From Vicugna vicugna (Eukaryota): a stretch of 64,000 bases of DNA. The translations under genes and the position numbers were made by a program. Position 1 is the stretch's first letter. Each line of letters begins with the position of its first letter. The stretch lies in NCBI GenBank assembly GCA_013265495.1, contig MU058531.1, forward strand, positions 2,852,911-2,916,910. The letters run 5' to 3'. This document shows positions 23,111-35,475 of this stretch, in pieces. Below the pieces are notes generated by a model. That model was not told the DNA's origin. It made no database searches and saw nothing but the letters and a program-made list of their open reading frames with translations.

Positions 23111-24292
23111 CTGGTGATGTGGGTGATGGAAAAGGAAGCAAAGCCAGAGTTAGTCTATATGCAGAGACACCAGAGACCCTGCTCACTGGACCCTCAGGGC
23201 TTCACTTAGCAAAGAAACACTGTGGTTAGGGCTCTGCCCAAACTCCTGACACATCTTCTAGGACCACAGCCTGCAGGGCTGGCAGGCAGCCTGTGACAGG
23301 CCAAAGGGAACCCAGGGAAGCAGAAGGGGAGCTTCACCTGCCAAAAGCCCTACCTACACAGCTCTGAGAGGGATTTGGGGAAATACCTCCTTTTATCTTG
23401 CCCATCATTTAAAGAAAGCCATCCACAGCAGTCAAGGGGTTACTGGTTTCATATATTTCATAGGACGCAGACAGAGCATCTCTATCTCACAATCTGATAT
23501 TTTCCAAATATGAAATATTTAGTTTTTTTAAACCTTTGTCCTGATTATAAACGCGATATAAGTTCACTGTAGAAAATGTTAAAAGTACCAAAGCATAGAA
23601 AGAGAAAATAAAAATTACCTGTAATCACGTATGTATTTTTCAAATGTATTTCTCCCACAAACATATTACTACCACCCTCCCCCTCCTGACTTCTAAAGGT
23701 CAGGGGCGGGGTCTTCTACTCCCTTCTTCTCTAATCCACAGAGCTTAATGGCAGCCAGCATTTATCCAGCACTCAGTGTGTGCCCCGTACTGTGCTAACT
23801 CCTTTACCCTCTCTGTCTTCTTTAATCTTCACAAAACAATGCTGGGCAGTGAGTACAACTTTTATCTCCATTTTATATATGGGGAAACTGAGGCTTTAAG
23901 AGGTTGAACACCTATACGTGGTAGATCCAGGATCCAAAGTCACGTCTTCTCAACCTCAACCGAAGTCAGCATTTTAATCCTTTATACTACACAGATCTGC
24001 TACACTATCCTCTTCTTAAAATATTCTCCGATTGTACCACGATGATGGTAATGATTTGTTCACTTTAGAGACCTTTTCAGGATGACCAACTCAAAATTCT
24101 TCTGCCCTCACCTCAGTGATGTTCACCCATTAGAATCGTAGCCCAGTAGCTCCTTGATTTCTTCATCTGTCAGATCTGCTCATTATCCAGGATAATGTAC
24201 TAGATTTTCCCACCACCATCTCTATCCCTGATGCCATTTCCCAGCATCCCTCTTCCATACTGGGTGACATTCATGTAGTTTAAAAGCCCTAC

Positions 24293-24485
24293 CTCTTCAG
24301 TCAGTTGCATTAATTTATCAAGCCAGTCTTCAATTTCTGCCAATGTGGGCTTCACCTCTGTGGCCTCAGACCTCATCCTCACAGCTGCCTCGTGTATCTG
24401 GGAGAGAGATCTGGATCGCAACTTTTGAATCTGAGTATCAAGAACTGTGACGTTAGCTTTGCCTTCCGTGAGAGGTAACGTGTAC
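24293..24485 (-). CDS. MYOF: MYOF exon ~23 (193 nt)
   Basis: YTLPLTEGKANVTVLDTQIQKLRSRSLSQIHEAAVRMRSEATEVKPTLAEIEDWLDKLMQLTEE; AG/GT flanks. Confidence 0.96.
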
Positions 24486-25014
24486 CTTTAAAAAAAAGAG
24501 AGAGAAAGAAAGAAACAGAATTTGCACAATAGCTTTTTAGGCTTCAGAACAGTCAAATTCATTTATGGTTGGTTTCGATCTTGCAAATCACACCAATTTC
24601 CTAATAGACTTCACAAATGTGACCAGGTTTAAGCTAAAGTTGAGTGTATCTGGCTTTGGCAAAACATGCCTGCCAGACAGACTCTCCTAACTCTCTTGGG
24701 GAATGCAGAGGGATGAAAATTCCCAAGCAATTCCTTGGGTTTGACCCGAAGCCCATGGAGTCATTGGAAAGAAGACAGAAACAGTGGCAGCAGTTGGGAG
24801 GAACTGGCCTTCCCTTCTTCTGCTTCCTATGATCATTGTGCAGACTCACAAAATGAAGGAGAAGGAAGGGACACCAGAGATCATTTAGCCAAAGGATTCT
24901 TAACTTGGGCACACCCCTAGGCAGTCTGTGGGAGGGCCTCAAGAAATCTGTGAATCCCTGGAACTGACAAAGAAAAGTGTATGTCTGTGCTGACATCATA
25001 TTGAAGACCATATG

Positions 25015-25230
25015 AAGACTCTGGAGCAGACTATCTGAGTGTAAATCCTGGCTCCACCATTAACTAGTTCTGTGATCTTGACCAGTTACTTAATCTCTTG
25101 CTTGCCTATGTTCAAATGTGGGAAAATAATATTACCTTTCAGGATTGTGGTGAGAAATAAATGAATGAATATATGGAGAATATTTAGAGCAATTGTACAG
25201 TGAAGTCTAAATAATGTTGCAGCATCATTG
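25015..25230 (+). mobile_element. MIR SINE
   Basis: ctggagcagactatctgagtgtaaatcctggctccacc... MIR core. Confidence 0.7.
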
Positions 25231-25700
25231 TCATCATCTCATCGCATATGCAGAAGGGCCCATTAGCTCCCAAAGGTTAAGAACACTTGTGCAGGCCAAG
25301 CTCCCATTGAAAAGGAGAAGTCCAGAACAGCTGAGCTGGCTGAGGATTAATCTTCTCTGCCAGGGCCTCCCTCTCACCAGAGCAGTTGGTGGGTCCACAG
25401 GGTAAGGTGGTCACGACCTATTCTGGGAAGTTCTACTCACATTGTCTCCACCTAGAATTTTCACTGGTTTGAATCTCACCCAGTTTCTTAAATGAAGGAA
25501 ATCCTAGCTGACTTCCCTTAAACACAAATTTCCTGTTAACCTGAAGTTGAAAAGTATTCAATATGATTCTTCAAATACAGTTTACATCAATTTGATTCTT
25601 CAAAAACTGATTATTTAAAAACAGCATAAACAGATGTTTCTGGGTCTTGCTTAGCACACTTAAAAATTCACAGACATTTTCTATGTGAAAGGTACTACCC

Positions 25701-25748
25701 ACAACATTGTAAAATGATTATAAATCAATAAAAAATGTTAAAAAAAAA
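25701..25748 (+). mobile_element. Extremely 5'-truncated L1 (3' terminus only)
   Basis: acaacattgtaaaatgattataaatcaataaaaaatgtt plus poly(A); perfect 13-bp TSD aaaggtactaccc. Confidence 0.88.
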
Positions 25749-26860
25749 AAAGGTACTACCCGATGTTTCTGTTTGGTTACCTTGGTGATTATGGCCATGC
25801 ATTGGAAGGGTGAAGTCCCTGAAATTATTTTTTGAGGCAAAAATATACATGGAAACTGCTAGCTCAAAAGTCACACATAAGGCCTTGGATAAACAGATGC
25901 TGACTGTGGGAAGCGTGTAGCAGGAAGAGAAGTTACGCTCATAAACCCGGCTCTGGGCCTCAGATGGGTCATTCACCTCCTCGGGCCTCTACTTTCTCAA
26001 ATATAAAATAAGGAGACCCAGATATAAATTCTCGGAATTTAAATAAGAGCCAGCAGAACTTTGATCTCAGCTACATGTCAGTTACCTAACTAAACCACTG
26101 GAAGGCACAAGAAGACTGGGAGACTTAGGCCATTAGCCCAGAGGGGACAAAAAAAAACATCCCTGGTTCTTGATGCTGGTAACAAGTATTCAACATGCTT
26201 TTCTTTTAGAACTTCCCTGTCCTCTGCTTTATGAGCCAATATTTTAAATGAGTTTGGAACTATCACTTCCCCCTTTGATTTCCAAATACTCTGAGATCTG
26301 AGAAGTTCCCCCAAGTCAGTTCTGAAAGGTTCTCTGGCTTGGGTCGAATCTTCTGGCTTCATCGAAGGGAGGCTTGGCCAGAGTGCTCGTTAGGCATCCA
26401 GCAAAAGAGCAAAGAAAACGGTTGTTTCTAAAAAGTGTGTTTATGAGTTAGGAACGCTGTTCTGCATGGTGAACTCGATGCTCCACCCCCAGATTCTGGC
26501 TCTGTGGGAGGCAGGAGTCTCCTTCCTCAGGGCAGTGGGCATATAAGGACTGCTAGAAGGCAGAGGCACGGACCCACTCCCTCCCTAACCTTCCCTTGCC
26601 TGAGGCTGCACAGGACGTGCTTCCTGGAGTAGGGCCGCAGCCTCCCTGGCGGCTTTAGAATTGGCACTAAATCGGAAAGTGGAGCTTTTCCTGCTGGTGA
26701 TTCAGAGATTTTCCCCAGGGACAGCCTTTTGAGAAGCCTGACTAAATCAAATTCATTTTTCAGGCAAATGCTAGAAAATTCTAAAGGCTCTTCTAGTATT
26801 AATAGTTTGAGGACGGGGAGTGTGGTTGGGAATTCTGAGGGACGAACAAGAGCATCATAC

Positions 26861-26967
26861 CTGGTGTCTTCTATAACTTGATCAATCAGCTTCTGCCACA
26901 TTTCTGCCAGCTGGCTTGCGGGAATTTTACCTTGTATCCCTGATTTTAGAGCCTCTATGTTTGATTG
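26861..26967 (-). CDS. MYOF: MYOF exon ~22 (107 nt), FerA
   Basis: QSNIEALKSGIQGKIPASQLAEMWQKLIDQVIEDT(R); gtatga donor. Confidence 0.94.
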
Positions 26968-27159
26968 CTGAAGAATTTGGAAAGGGAGGAAATAATTGGT
27001 AATTGTGCATTATACCCGGTAAAGGTTTAACTTGTATTTTCAAGAAAAAAAATACACAAAAAGACTTAACAGAAAAAAGTGTTTTTTTCTTTGCATTTAA
27101 TAATGCTCACCACAGCTTAGCACAATTTTTCTTCAAAGTGCAATCAACACTGATATAAG

Positions 27160-27900
27160 TAATAAGACAACCTAACCTCTTCATACAGCTTTGACCTTTG
27201 AAACCATGTAAATATTTTATGTATTCAAAAAGGCAATAAAAGAACTACCAAGGATGGTGGAAGGAACCTTAAAATGGACTATAAAACAGAAACAAATGAA
27301 CCTAACTACACATTAGATGAATAACATAACTACACTGAACTAACCCAAGTGCTTTTGAGCACAATGTTTTTACTATATTCCCTCAGTTTGGAGGAAAGAA
27401 CCCTAAATGTATCACACTAATTTGGCTTGTTTTTTGCAGTACTCTATCTCTGGATTTTAGGGTTGAACAAATGAGTAAATATATTGAGGATAATGGAAGC
27501 CAGATTCTTACTGTTGGAGAAGTGAGTTGTAAATATAGAAAAAGGGAAGATTAGAATAAACCCTGTGACACTGGGAGGGAACTGGAGTTATCCTTACAAA
27601 CGCACTGCATTTAGTATACAGACAGATATAGACATGTATATACATGTGTATGTACATGTGCAAATTTGTGCACATTTGTCTGCCAAGAAGGCCTAGAAGC
27701 AATGACATCCCAGTAGTAGGGAGCACTCTAATACCCGGATCTTGTTCTTTACGCTCCATTCCCACTGAAGGGAACCAGGGCTCCTTGGGGAAAAGGTGAT
27801 TCCAGGGTTGGAGCACAGAAAGTACAAGATAAGCCCAGAACATATTACTGTGTCACTTTGAGCATCTGCCAACAGAGAGACTAAAGGAGAGCCCATCATG
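27160..27900 (+). mobile_element. Old L1 3'UTR fragment
   Basis: Degenerate L1M-type 3'UTR sequence; boundaries approximate. Confidence 0.5.
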
Positions 27901-28699
27901 ATTATAAAAAAATCCTGATCCTGGAAAGCCATCACCCTGTCCAGACTCACATGGAATTAGAGCAGCCTGGTCAATGGAGAGAGCTGATAAGAAGGAGGAT
28001 GAAAAAGCTGAAAAATACCCCCAAATAGAATTAGAACAGACATGTGACTGATTCTCCACCAAACCCCTTGATATGGGGGATTGGAAATTAACACTACAAC
28101 CACACTACGTATCAGTTGTAGCTTTATTATGTGGACAATTATGCCTAAGTGAAATGTACAATCCTCCTCCAGTATTGTCTTTATAACATAAAATAGTATT
28201 TTTAGGTTTTGCCATGGAGTCTTAGATCAAGTATATTCCAGGAATCACACATGTCCTGGTCCAGCCCTGACAGAGGATGGGTCTTAGAAAAAATTAATAC
28301 TAATATAATCTGAAATCAAAACACTAACAGCAGATGGATTTTATCAGTACCTGCTATAAATAACTTACTTTCTTTGACTTAATTAGAAATATCCCAACCA
28401 TGTTTTCCTTCTCATCAGCAATGTCAGCTAGATGGATAATCACAGATACCACATCTGTGCAAGTTCCTACCAGAGGGAACCCCCCAACCTCCAAACAAGA
28501 AGATTCCTCTAGTCTTCTGCAAGAGTGGAAATGGTTAGGCTCTCGTTCTTCTAAGCCCACTTCTTCCCACAGTAGAGATTTTTACTGCTTTAACAGCAAA
28601 GCTCTAAGGGTTGCACATTTCTATCGGAATGAACCATTTTCCACACCACACTCCACATACAAATTGTGGCATAAACTATGAATTGTCCCCCTCCTTTAA

Positions 28700-29150
28700 T
28701 ACCCATCCTTTCTTTTTCACTGTGAGAGAACTGATACCTGGACATACGCCTACCCAGGCATAAGACTGCATTTCCCAACTCCCCTGTAGTAAGATGTAGT
28801 TGTCTGACTGGGTTCTGGCCAGTACAAAATGAGTAGAAATCTAGTGTGTGACTTCTGGGTCTTCCCCTGAAGGGAAAGGCCTGTGTCATCTTCTCCTCTT
28901 TTCCTTCCTTAAGGCCGAAGGGTGAGTCAAGTGGTGAGCTGCCTCTCCCACGCAGACAATGACAATGCCTTAGTGACGGGAGAGCAACAAGAGGGAAAGA
29001 ACCTGGGTCCCCAGTGCCATGGAAACTCCTTACCGGCCTTGGATTACCTACCTCAACTGTTCATAAAGAAGTAGCTTTCATCCTGCTTACTATTTCATTC
29101 TGAGGTCTTGTGGTATACCAAGTGGCCTCACCTCCATTCTAGCTAATACA
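28700..29150. mobile_element. MaLR LTR (MLT1-like) relic
   Basis: tgactgggttctggcca...gtagaaat...gtgtgacttctggg pattern; boundaries approximate. Confidence 0.55.
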
Positions 29151-29196
29151 TAATTCATTATTTGGTGAAAAGGAAATGTGGAAAAGATAAACTTAC

Positions 29197-29321
29197 CAGC
29201 CGTTCTGCCATGACAAGGAGAGTGTTCACCGCATCCAGGCGATGACTAATATCCTCCCAGTATGAAGTCAGTGTAACGACTGGCTTTGTGTGGGCCCAAG
29301 GCAAGTAGTAATAGTAGTTCC
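29197..29321 (-). CDS. MYOF: MYOF exon ~21 (125 nt)
   Basis: [42 protein letters not shown]; gtaagt donor. Confidence 0.96.
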
Positions 29322-29612
29322 CTGGTGTAGAACATGGAGGGTCAGTGAACACTGGACACTTTTATTAAGGAGATGTGCAAAGTGGACTGCTGATTAATCA
29401 CAGGCTTAGGGAATGGTTTGGGGGTGGTCTGGTTCTTCAATTTTATTCAATTAAGCAACTGAGAGATAAATAGAAAGTTATTATTCATTCAGCCTGTTTT
29501 AAAAATCTCTCTACAAGAACCCAGTAAACCTAGTTTGATAATCTCAGGATCTTTTGGTGATTCAGGATCATGCATCTGAACATCACTGATGATTACATAA
29601 CACAGCAGCAGA

Positions 29613-29742
29613 GGGTGGGGTGCATGCTGAGCATAGCTCAGTGGTACAGCACATGCTTAGCATGCATGAGGTCCTGGGTTCAATGCCCAGTACCTCCACT
29701 GAGAAAATAATAAGTAAAAAAAATTTTTTTAACTAAAAAAAA
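29613..29742 (+). mobile_element. tRNA-derived SINE (Vic-1-like)
   Basis: A/B boxes, A-rich tail, 16-bp TSD ataacaYRgcagcaga. Confidence 0.88.
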
Positions 29743-30455
29743 ATAACATGGCAGCAGAAAATACAGAGAACAAAGGAGATTAGACTATACGTCTTTGTCC
29801 CTGAAAACTGTTATTCTAAATAAATATTTCTTTGGCGGAAGTGGGGCAAGAAAAAAGAATTTTCTGTTTTTTAAAAGCCTTAACTGGGTAAATAGGGTTT
29901 GGTATTACTTAGAGCGTTGTAGTGATTAAGAATCATTAGCCAACATTTTCCAGCACACTTTATATTTTAACACTACTTGCACAAAAATTAGCAAAAACTA
30001 TGGCAACACTGTTGGGACAGTTGATCAGGATTCCTCTCTCCCTTTCGTATACTCTCAAACCATTTGTTGACATCTTTATTAGGGCGTTCTCATCTTCTGC
30101 CTTCTATTATGATTTATTTTATACACTAGAATGTAAGCTCCTTAAAAGGTGGACTATTTCTCATCCACATTTGTTCAAATGCAGCTATTTAATCCCCATG
30201 GCAACTCTGGAGAAGATGAAGGAACTGAAGGTTAGAATTAAGTGATGTGGCTAAGATCAGAGTCCTGGGGAGTAATGCAGTGAAGACCAGAAGCTTGATT
30301 TTCCAGGGCCTGAGCTAGAGTCCCAACCACTTCAACTACACATTCTGAGAATGATTTGGGGGCAGAAGTGGGCAGGGGCAGGAGCTGTTTCAGGGGAAGC
30401 CCAGTATTGAGCAAGTCAGCATCTTGTGACTTTATAAAACAGAGCCAGCGTTGAA

Positions 30456-30543
30456 GGGTGGGTACAGCTCAGTGGTAGAGCACGTGCTTAGCATGCATGA
30501 GGTCCTGGGTTCAATCCCCTTTACCTCCATTAAAAGAAAAAAG
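30456..30543 (+). mobile_element. tRNA-derived SINE (Vic-1-like, short)
   Basis: gggtacagctcagtggtagagc...ggttcaatcccc plus A tail. Confidence 0.85.
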
Positions 30544-30785
30544 ACCAGGGCAGTTAATGTTGGGCATGGGAGGGGACTTTGGGGTTCAGCCCCTGGCAAA
30601 GAGCCTGACCCTTCTCGAAGGTACCTCTACTCCAGCCACCTCTTTTCCCCATTCAACCTTTTCCTTCCCACTAAGCGTATGCTGGGGATAATGGGTGCTG
30701 GAGGGAGAATCCACTGCATGCTTCTCATCCTGTGATGCACCTGGTGTAAATGTGTACAGGAGAGAATGGCCCGTGGCAGACTTAC

Positions 30786-30963
30786 CATCAAATATAGCAC
30801 GGCTGTACTGAGTGGTTGATGCCAGAGGCTTACAGGTCGTGTCAAATTTGTTGCCATAGTTCCCAATGCTGACTTCAAACTGAATGGCCTCGCCAACATC
30901 TTGCAACATGGTGGCTGAATGGAACACGGCAGACAGGCTGTACTTCCGCCTTCGCTGGTATTT
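30786..30963 (-). CDS. MYOF: MYOF exon ~20 (178 nt)
   Basis: [59 protein letters not shown]; gtaagt donor. Confidence 0.96.
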
Positions 30964-31604
30964 CTACAAAGTATGGGGAGACACAGGGTTCAGTGAAACT
31001 TCTTTAGCTCTTATTTACATGTGGATTTCTAGCAGATGTAATTCTAAACCCAATAATTAGTGCTGAATTAAATGCCAGCAGAGAATGATCTGAATCAAAC
31101 AGTTCGCTTGTACACATACAAGTGGGCAAAGAAAGAAGTACCAGGATGCTCACTGCAGAGTTGATTGGAAAAGAGAGGAAAAAAATGAAAACAATGCAAC
31201 TATCTGTCAATAGGCCACTGGTCAAGCAAATTACGTTATGTCCATATAATGAAATGAAAGTTCATTAAAAGACTTAGGTAGACCCGTAAGTACAAACATG
31301 GATAAAAGGTATATTTTTAAGTGAACCCATCAAATATACATTTTAATATTGGCATATGCATGAAGAAAGTCTGGAAGAATATAAATCAAATCATTAACAG
31401 TAGTTATATTGGGGAAGGTAGAGGGATCATGGCTAACTTTACTCTCTAAACTATACATTTTTAATAGTTTGAATCGTTTAAGTAGTAATTTTCTAATCAC
31501 AAACAAAAATAAAGACTGTCAGATTTTAAAATGAATGAGATTAGGTACTTATTTTTCTGAAATAGTAATCAAACATGGTTTCTTTTTAAAGTTTATTCTG
31601 TACT

Positions 31605-32885
31605 TTAAATTTTTATTTTTATTGAAGTATAATTAAATTATTATATTAGTTTCAGGTGTACAAAGTAACGATTTGATATTTTTATACATTAGAAAATGAT
31701 CACCTTAAGTCTAGTTACCATCTGTTACCATACAAAGTTATTAGAATAATTATTGACTAAGTCCCTATGCTGTACATCACATCCCTGTGACTTACTTATT
31801 TTGTAACTGGAAATTTGTACCTCTTAATCTCATTTACCTTTTCACCTATGCCCCCATGCCCTCACCCTCTGGCAACTACCAGTTTGTTCTCTGTATCTAT
31901 TAGTCTCTTTCTGTTTTGTTATGTTTGTTCATTTGTTTTATTTTTTTAGATTCCACATACAAGTGAAATAATATGGTATCCGTCTTTCTCTTTCTTATTT
32001 CACTCAGCATAATACTCTCTAAATCTGTCCACATTGTTGCAAGTGGCAAGATTTTATTCCTTTTCATGGTTGAGTAATATTCCACTGTGTGTGGAATTAT
32101 ATCAATATATACCACATCTTTTTTATCCATTCATCTGTCAGTGGATAGATTGATACTTACGTTGCCTCCATATTTTGGCCACTGTAAACAATGCTACGAA
32201 TATTGGGATGCATTTTCTTTTTTAGTTAGTGTTTTTGTTTTCTTCAGATAAATACAGGTATATCTCATTTTACTGTGCTTTTCTTTATTGTGTTTTTAAC
32301 AAATTAAAGGTTCATGGCAACCCTGCCTCTAGCAAATAAATCTTTTAGCACCATTTTCAACAGCATTTGCTCACTTGGTATCTCTGTGCTGCAGTTTGAT
32401 AATTCTCACAATATTTCACTTTTTCATTATTACATTTGTTGTGGTGATCTGTGATCAGTGATCTTTCTTGTTACTACTACAATTTGCTGAAGGCTTAGAT
32501 AATGGTTAGCATTTCTTAGCAATAAAGCATTTTTAAATTTAAGGTGTGTAACTTGTTTTTTTCAGACATAATGCTATTAGTCTATTTACTTAATAAACTA
32601 CAGTATAACGTAAACATAAATTTTACATGCACTGGGAAACCAAAAAATTCATGTGACTTGCTTTGTTGCAGTAGTTGCTTTATTGTGGTTGTCTGGAACC
32701 AAACCTGCAATATCTTCTAGGTATCCCTGTACTCAGAAGTGGATCTGCTAGACCACATGGTAGTTCAGCGTTTAATTTTTTGTGGAACATTTATACTATT
32801 TTCCATAGCAGTTATACCAATATACATTTCTACCAACAGTGCATGAGGGTTCCCTTTTCTTCACATCCCTGTCATCATTTGTTAT
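31605..32885 (-). mobile_element. Old L1 3' fragment (L1MA-like) split by a Tigger element
   Basis: Decayed ORF2 C-terminus (LESIMLSEIR-like) and 3'UTR on the minus strand. Confidence 0.8.
32255..32729. mobile_element. Tigger1-like internally deleted DNA transposon
   Basis: Terminal inverted repeats caggtatatct.../...aggtatccctg with TA target duplication on both sides. Confidence 0.8.
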
Positions 32886-34120
32886 TTCGTTTGTTTGTTC
32901 TTTGTTTTTCTAATGGCTTAATGAGTGTATGTGTCTGCGAGGGAGTTGAACACAGGGCCAACAAAGACCATGGTGAGTGTCTATCAGCCTCACACGAAAT
33001 GACCATGAGCCCATCAGGACTTTCTCCATTTGGGCACATAAAGCCTTTTGAATCCATATCTTGGCCTAAATCCTTCTCTGTGGATCACATTCGCACTGGT
33101 CTTCAGGCACTTTGTCTTTTTCAGGCAAACAGAGCCATGCGATGGTCTAAGTTGCTGTGCCTCATTATGTCATGGACATTCTGCCATTTAACGTTGTCCA
33201 CCTCTAGAGTCTGTTCCTGATCCCTGTGGTACCCAGTCTCTGTATACACTTGCTCAGCTTGGCGGTGAGAACATCTGAGTTACTATAGTGTAACTATGTG
33301 CTCCACTGACAAACTTGTGAGACCCACGAATGGTAATTTTCAAATTGCTTGACAAGTTTCTCACCATAGCAAGTTTCGTTTGAAACCCCCTAGAGAAGGA
33401 ACTCTCAGCTCTGTAGTCCTGCAGTTTGAGATGTGGAGGTCACAGAGCTATCCATCTTTGGCATATGATGACTTTTTTGTTGTTGTATTTGTTTTTTTCC
33501 TGTTGCTACCAATTTGTGTACCACCATCTAAGTAGCAAAATAGTGACATCTTTGACTTCTAAAAAGCTAGTAAAAATTACTTGATCCCTGAAAAATACTT
33601 AGAACTGATTTTCCTTTCCTTTTTTATTCATCCATACCATGACCATGACCTTCATTCTGTAAAGTGAATCACAATCATGGGTGGGTCTTCTGCCTTAAAT
33701 GATGCAAGAACGTGGACATTCATTTACGGAAGTACTCAAACAACTATTTTTAAAACTTTTTTTTTAACTGTGGTAAAACACACATAATGTAATTCACCAT
33801 CTTAACAATTTTTAAATGTACAGTTCATGTCATGAAGTAGATTATATTGCTGTGCTACTATCTCCACCATCCATCCACAGAACTGTTTTCATCTTAGAAA
33901 ACTGAAACTCTATACCCAGTAACACTAACTTCCCATTCCCTGCTACTTTCTGTCTCTGAGTTTGATGACTCTGAGGTACCTCATATAAATGAGCTCAAAC
34001 AATATTCGTCCTTTCGTGACTGGCTTATTTCACTTAGCATAACGTCCTCAAGGTTAAGCCGTGTTGTAGCATGTATCAGAATTCCCTCCCTTTTTAAGGC
34101 TGAATAATACTGCGTTGTAC

Positions 34121-34562
34121 TGTTTGAAAGAGAAACTGAGGCATATTTAAAATTTTAATTTTTGTATTAAAAAAAATTTTAATTTGTATTTATTTTGTAT
34201 TAAAATTTTTAATACAAAAATTAAAATTTTAATTAAAAAAATTTAAGAAGTGTTTATTGGAGCAAACATCTATTGGAACTGAGCATCAACAAAACACAAG
34301 TGGCTAGCAGCACTCCCAGGACAGAAGCTAAGGAAAAGACTTGTGGAGCAGAGAGAGAAGGCAGGCAAGGAGATTATCTGATTGGCTACAGCTTAAGTGG
34401 TTCCATTATTTGGGAAAACCTAATTGGCTATCTATGATCTGTCTTTCGGTTTTGATTTCTTCATCTTGAGGCATTTCCAGGCCTAGGTTTTGGTGTGCTT
34501 ACATAGGCTCCCAAACATTAGAGTCACCTCTGTCTAATGGCCTCCCTGTTTAATTAATTTAA
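34121..34562 (-). mobile_element. Solo ERV LTR nested in L1
   Basis: Starts tg, minus-strand AATAAA (tttatt near 34253) and two CCAAT boxes; interrupts collinear L1 sequence. Confidence 0.6.
34147..34232. repeat. AT-rich perfect inverted repeat (27-bp arms)
   Basis: 34147-34173 is the exact reverse complement of 34206-34232. Confidence 0.9.
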
Positions 34563-35337
34563 GGGTGTGGGTATATATACCACATTTTCTTTATTCATTC
34601 ATCTATCAATGGATTCATGGTTGCTTCCACCTTTTCGCTATTGTGAGTAATGCCTCTATGAACACGGGTGTGCAAATATCCTTCTGAGTCCCTGCTTTCA
34701 ATTATTTAGGGGTATATCCCCAGCAGGGGGTTGCTGGATCATATGACAATTCTATTTTTAACTTCTTGAGGACCGTTTTAAGAACATCTGACAGTGACTG
34801 TAGTTTGCTGTCTTAAAGAATGCCAGGACCTCCCACTATTACAAAATCTCCATTTTGGTTAAAGAATTTTTGACACGGGACAATTAAAACCTCCAACAGG
34901 ATTTCATCGGAAACCCCTCTGACTCTCCATCTTTTTTTGAGAGTATCTAAAACATTGGTTTGCAATCTTAGCTGCACATTGAATCTCCTGAAGAGTTTTT
35001 CTTAATATCTGGACCCCATCTTCCACAGGTTCTGCCTGGGCATCTCAAATTTTAAAACTTCCCTATCTTAGTCCACAGTCACTTTGGTAGAGAGGGGCTT
35101 GGGGGACTTTTGTCACTTGTCAGGAGTCCCCTTAACTACCCACAAACCAAGCCCCCCTGAACCATCCATGGTTTCGAAGTGCTGTGGAAATTCTAGGTTT
35201 GGTTTAAATTGCTGCATGCAAATGACAAAGTAGGAAGTTATTTGTATTAGTCAGACTTATATATACAGCATAACTTCTTCTTTGTGAACCACCTAGGATG
35301 ATATCAGGGAAGGGAAGGAGCAAAACTATGAAACACA

Positions 35338-35475
35338 GGGGGAGGGTATAGCTCAGTGGCAGAGTGCCTGCTTAGCAGCTTAGCATGCGTGAGGTCCTGG
35401 GTTCAATCCCCAGTACCTCCATAAACAAACAAACCTAATTACCTACTTCTCCCCCCAATATTTTCAAATTAAAAA
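35338..35475 (+). mobile_element. tRNA-derived SINE (Vic-1-like)
   Basis: A/B boxes, internal gcttagca duplication, TSD-like tatgaaaca on both sides. Confidence 0.88.

Larger units (their letters stand above)
33757..34770 (-). mobile_element. Old L1 3' fragment interrupted by an LTR
   Basis: L1 3'UTR sequence (ttatttcacttagcataa..., tatccccagcagggggttgctggatcatatg) resumes after the insert. Confidence 0.75.

Noticed and set aside
32675..33220. 181-aa plus-strand ORF
   Set aside because: Starts at a non-ATG codon, runs across Tigger and antisense L1 relics, and has no recognisable domain.
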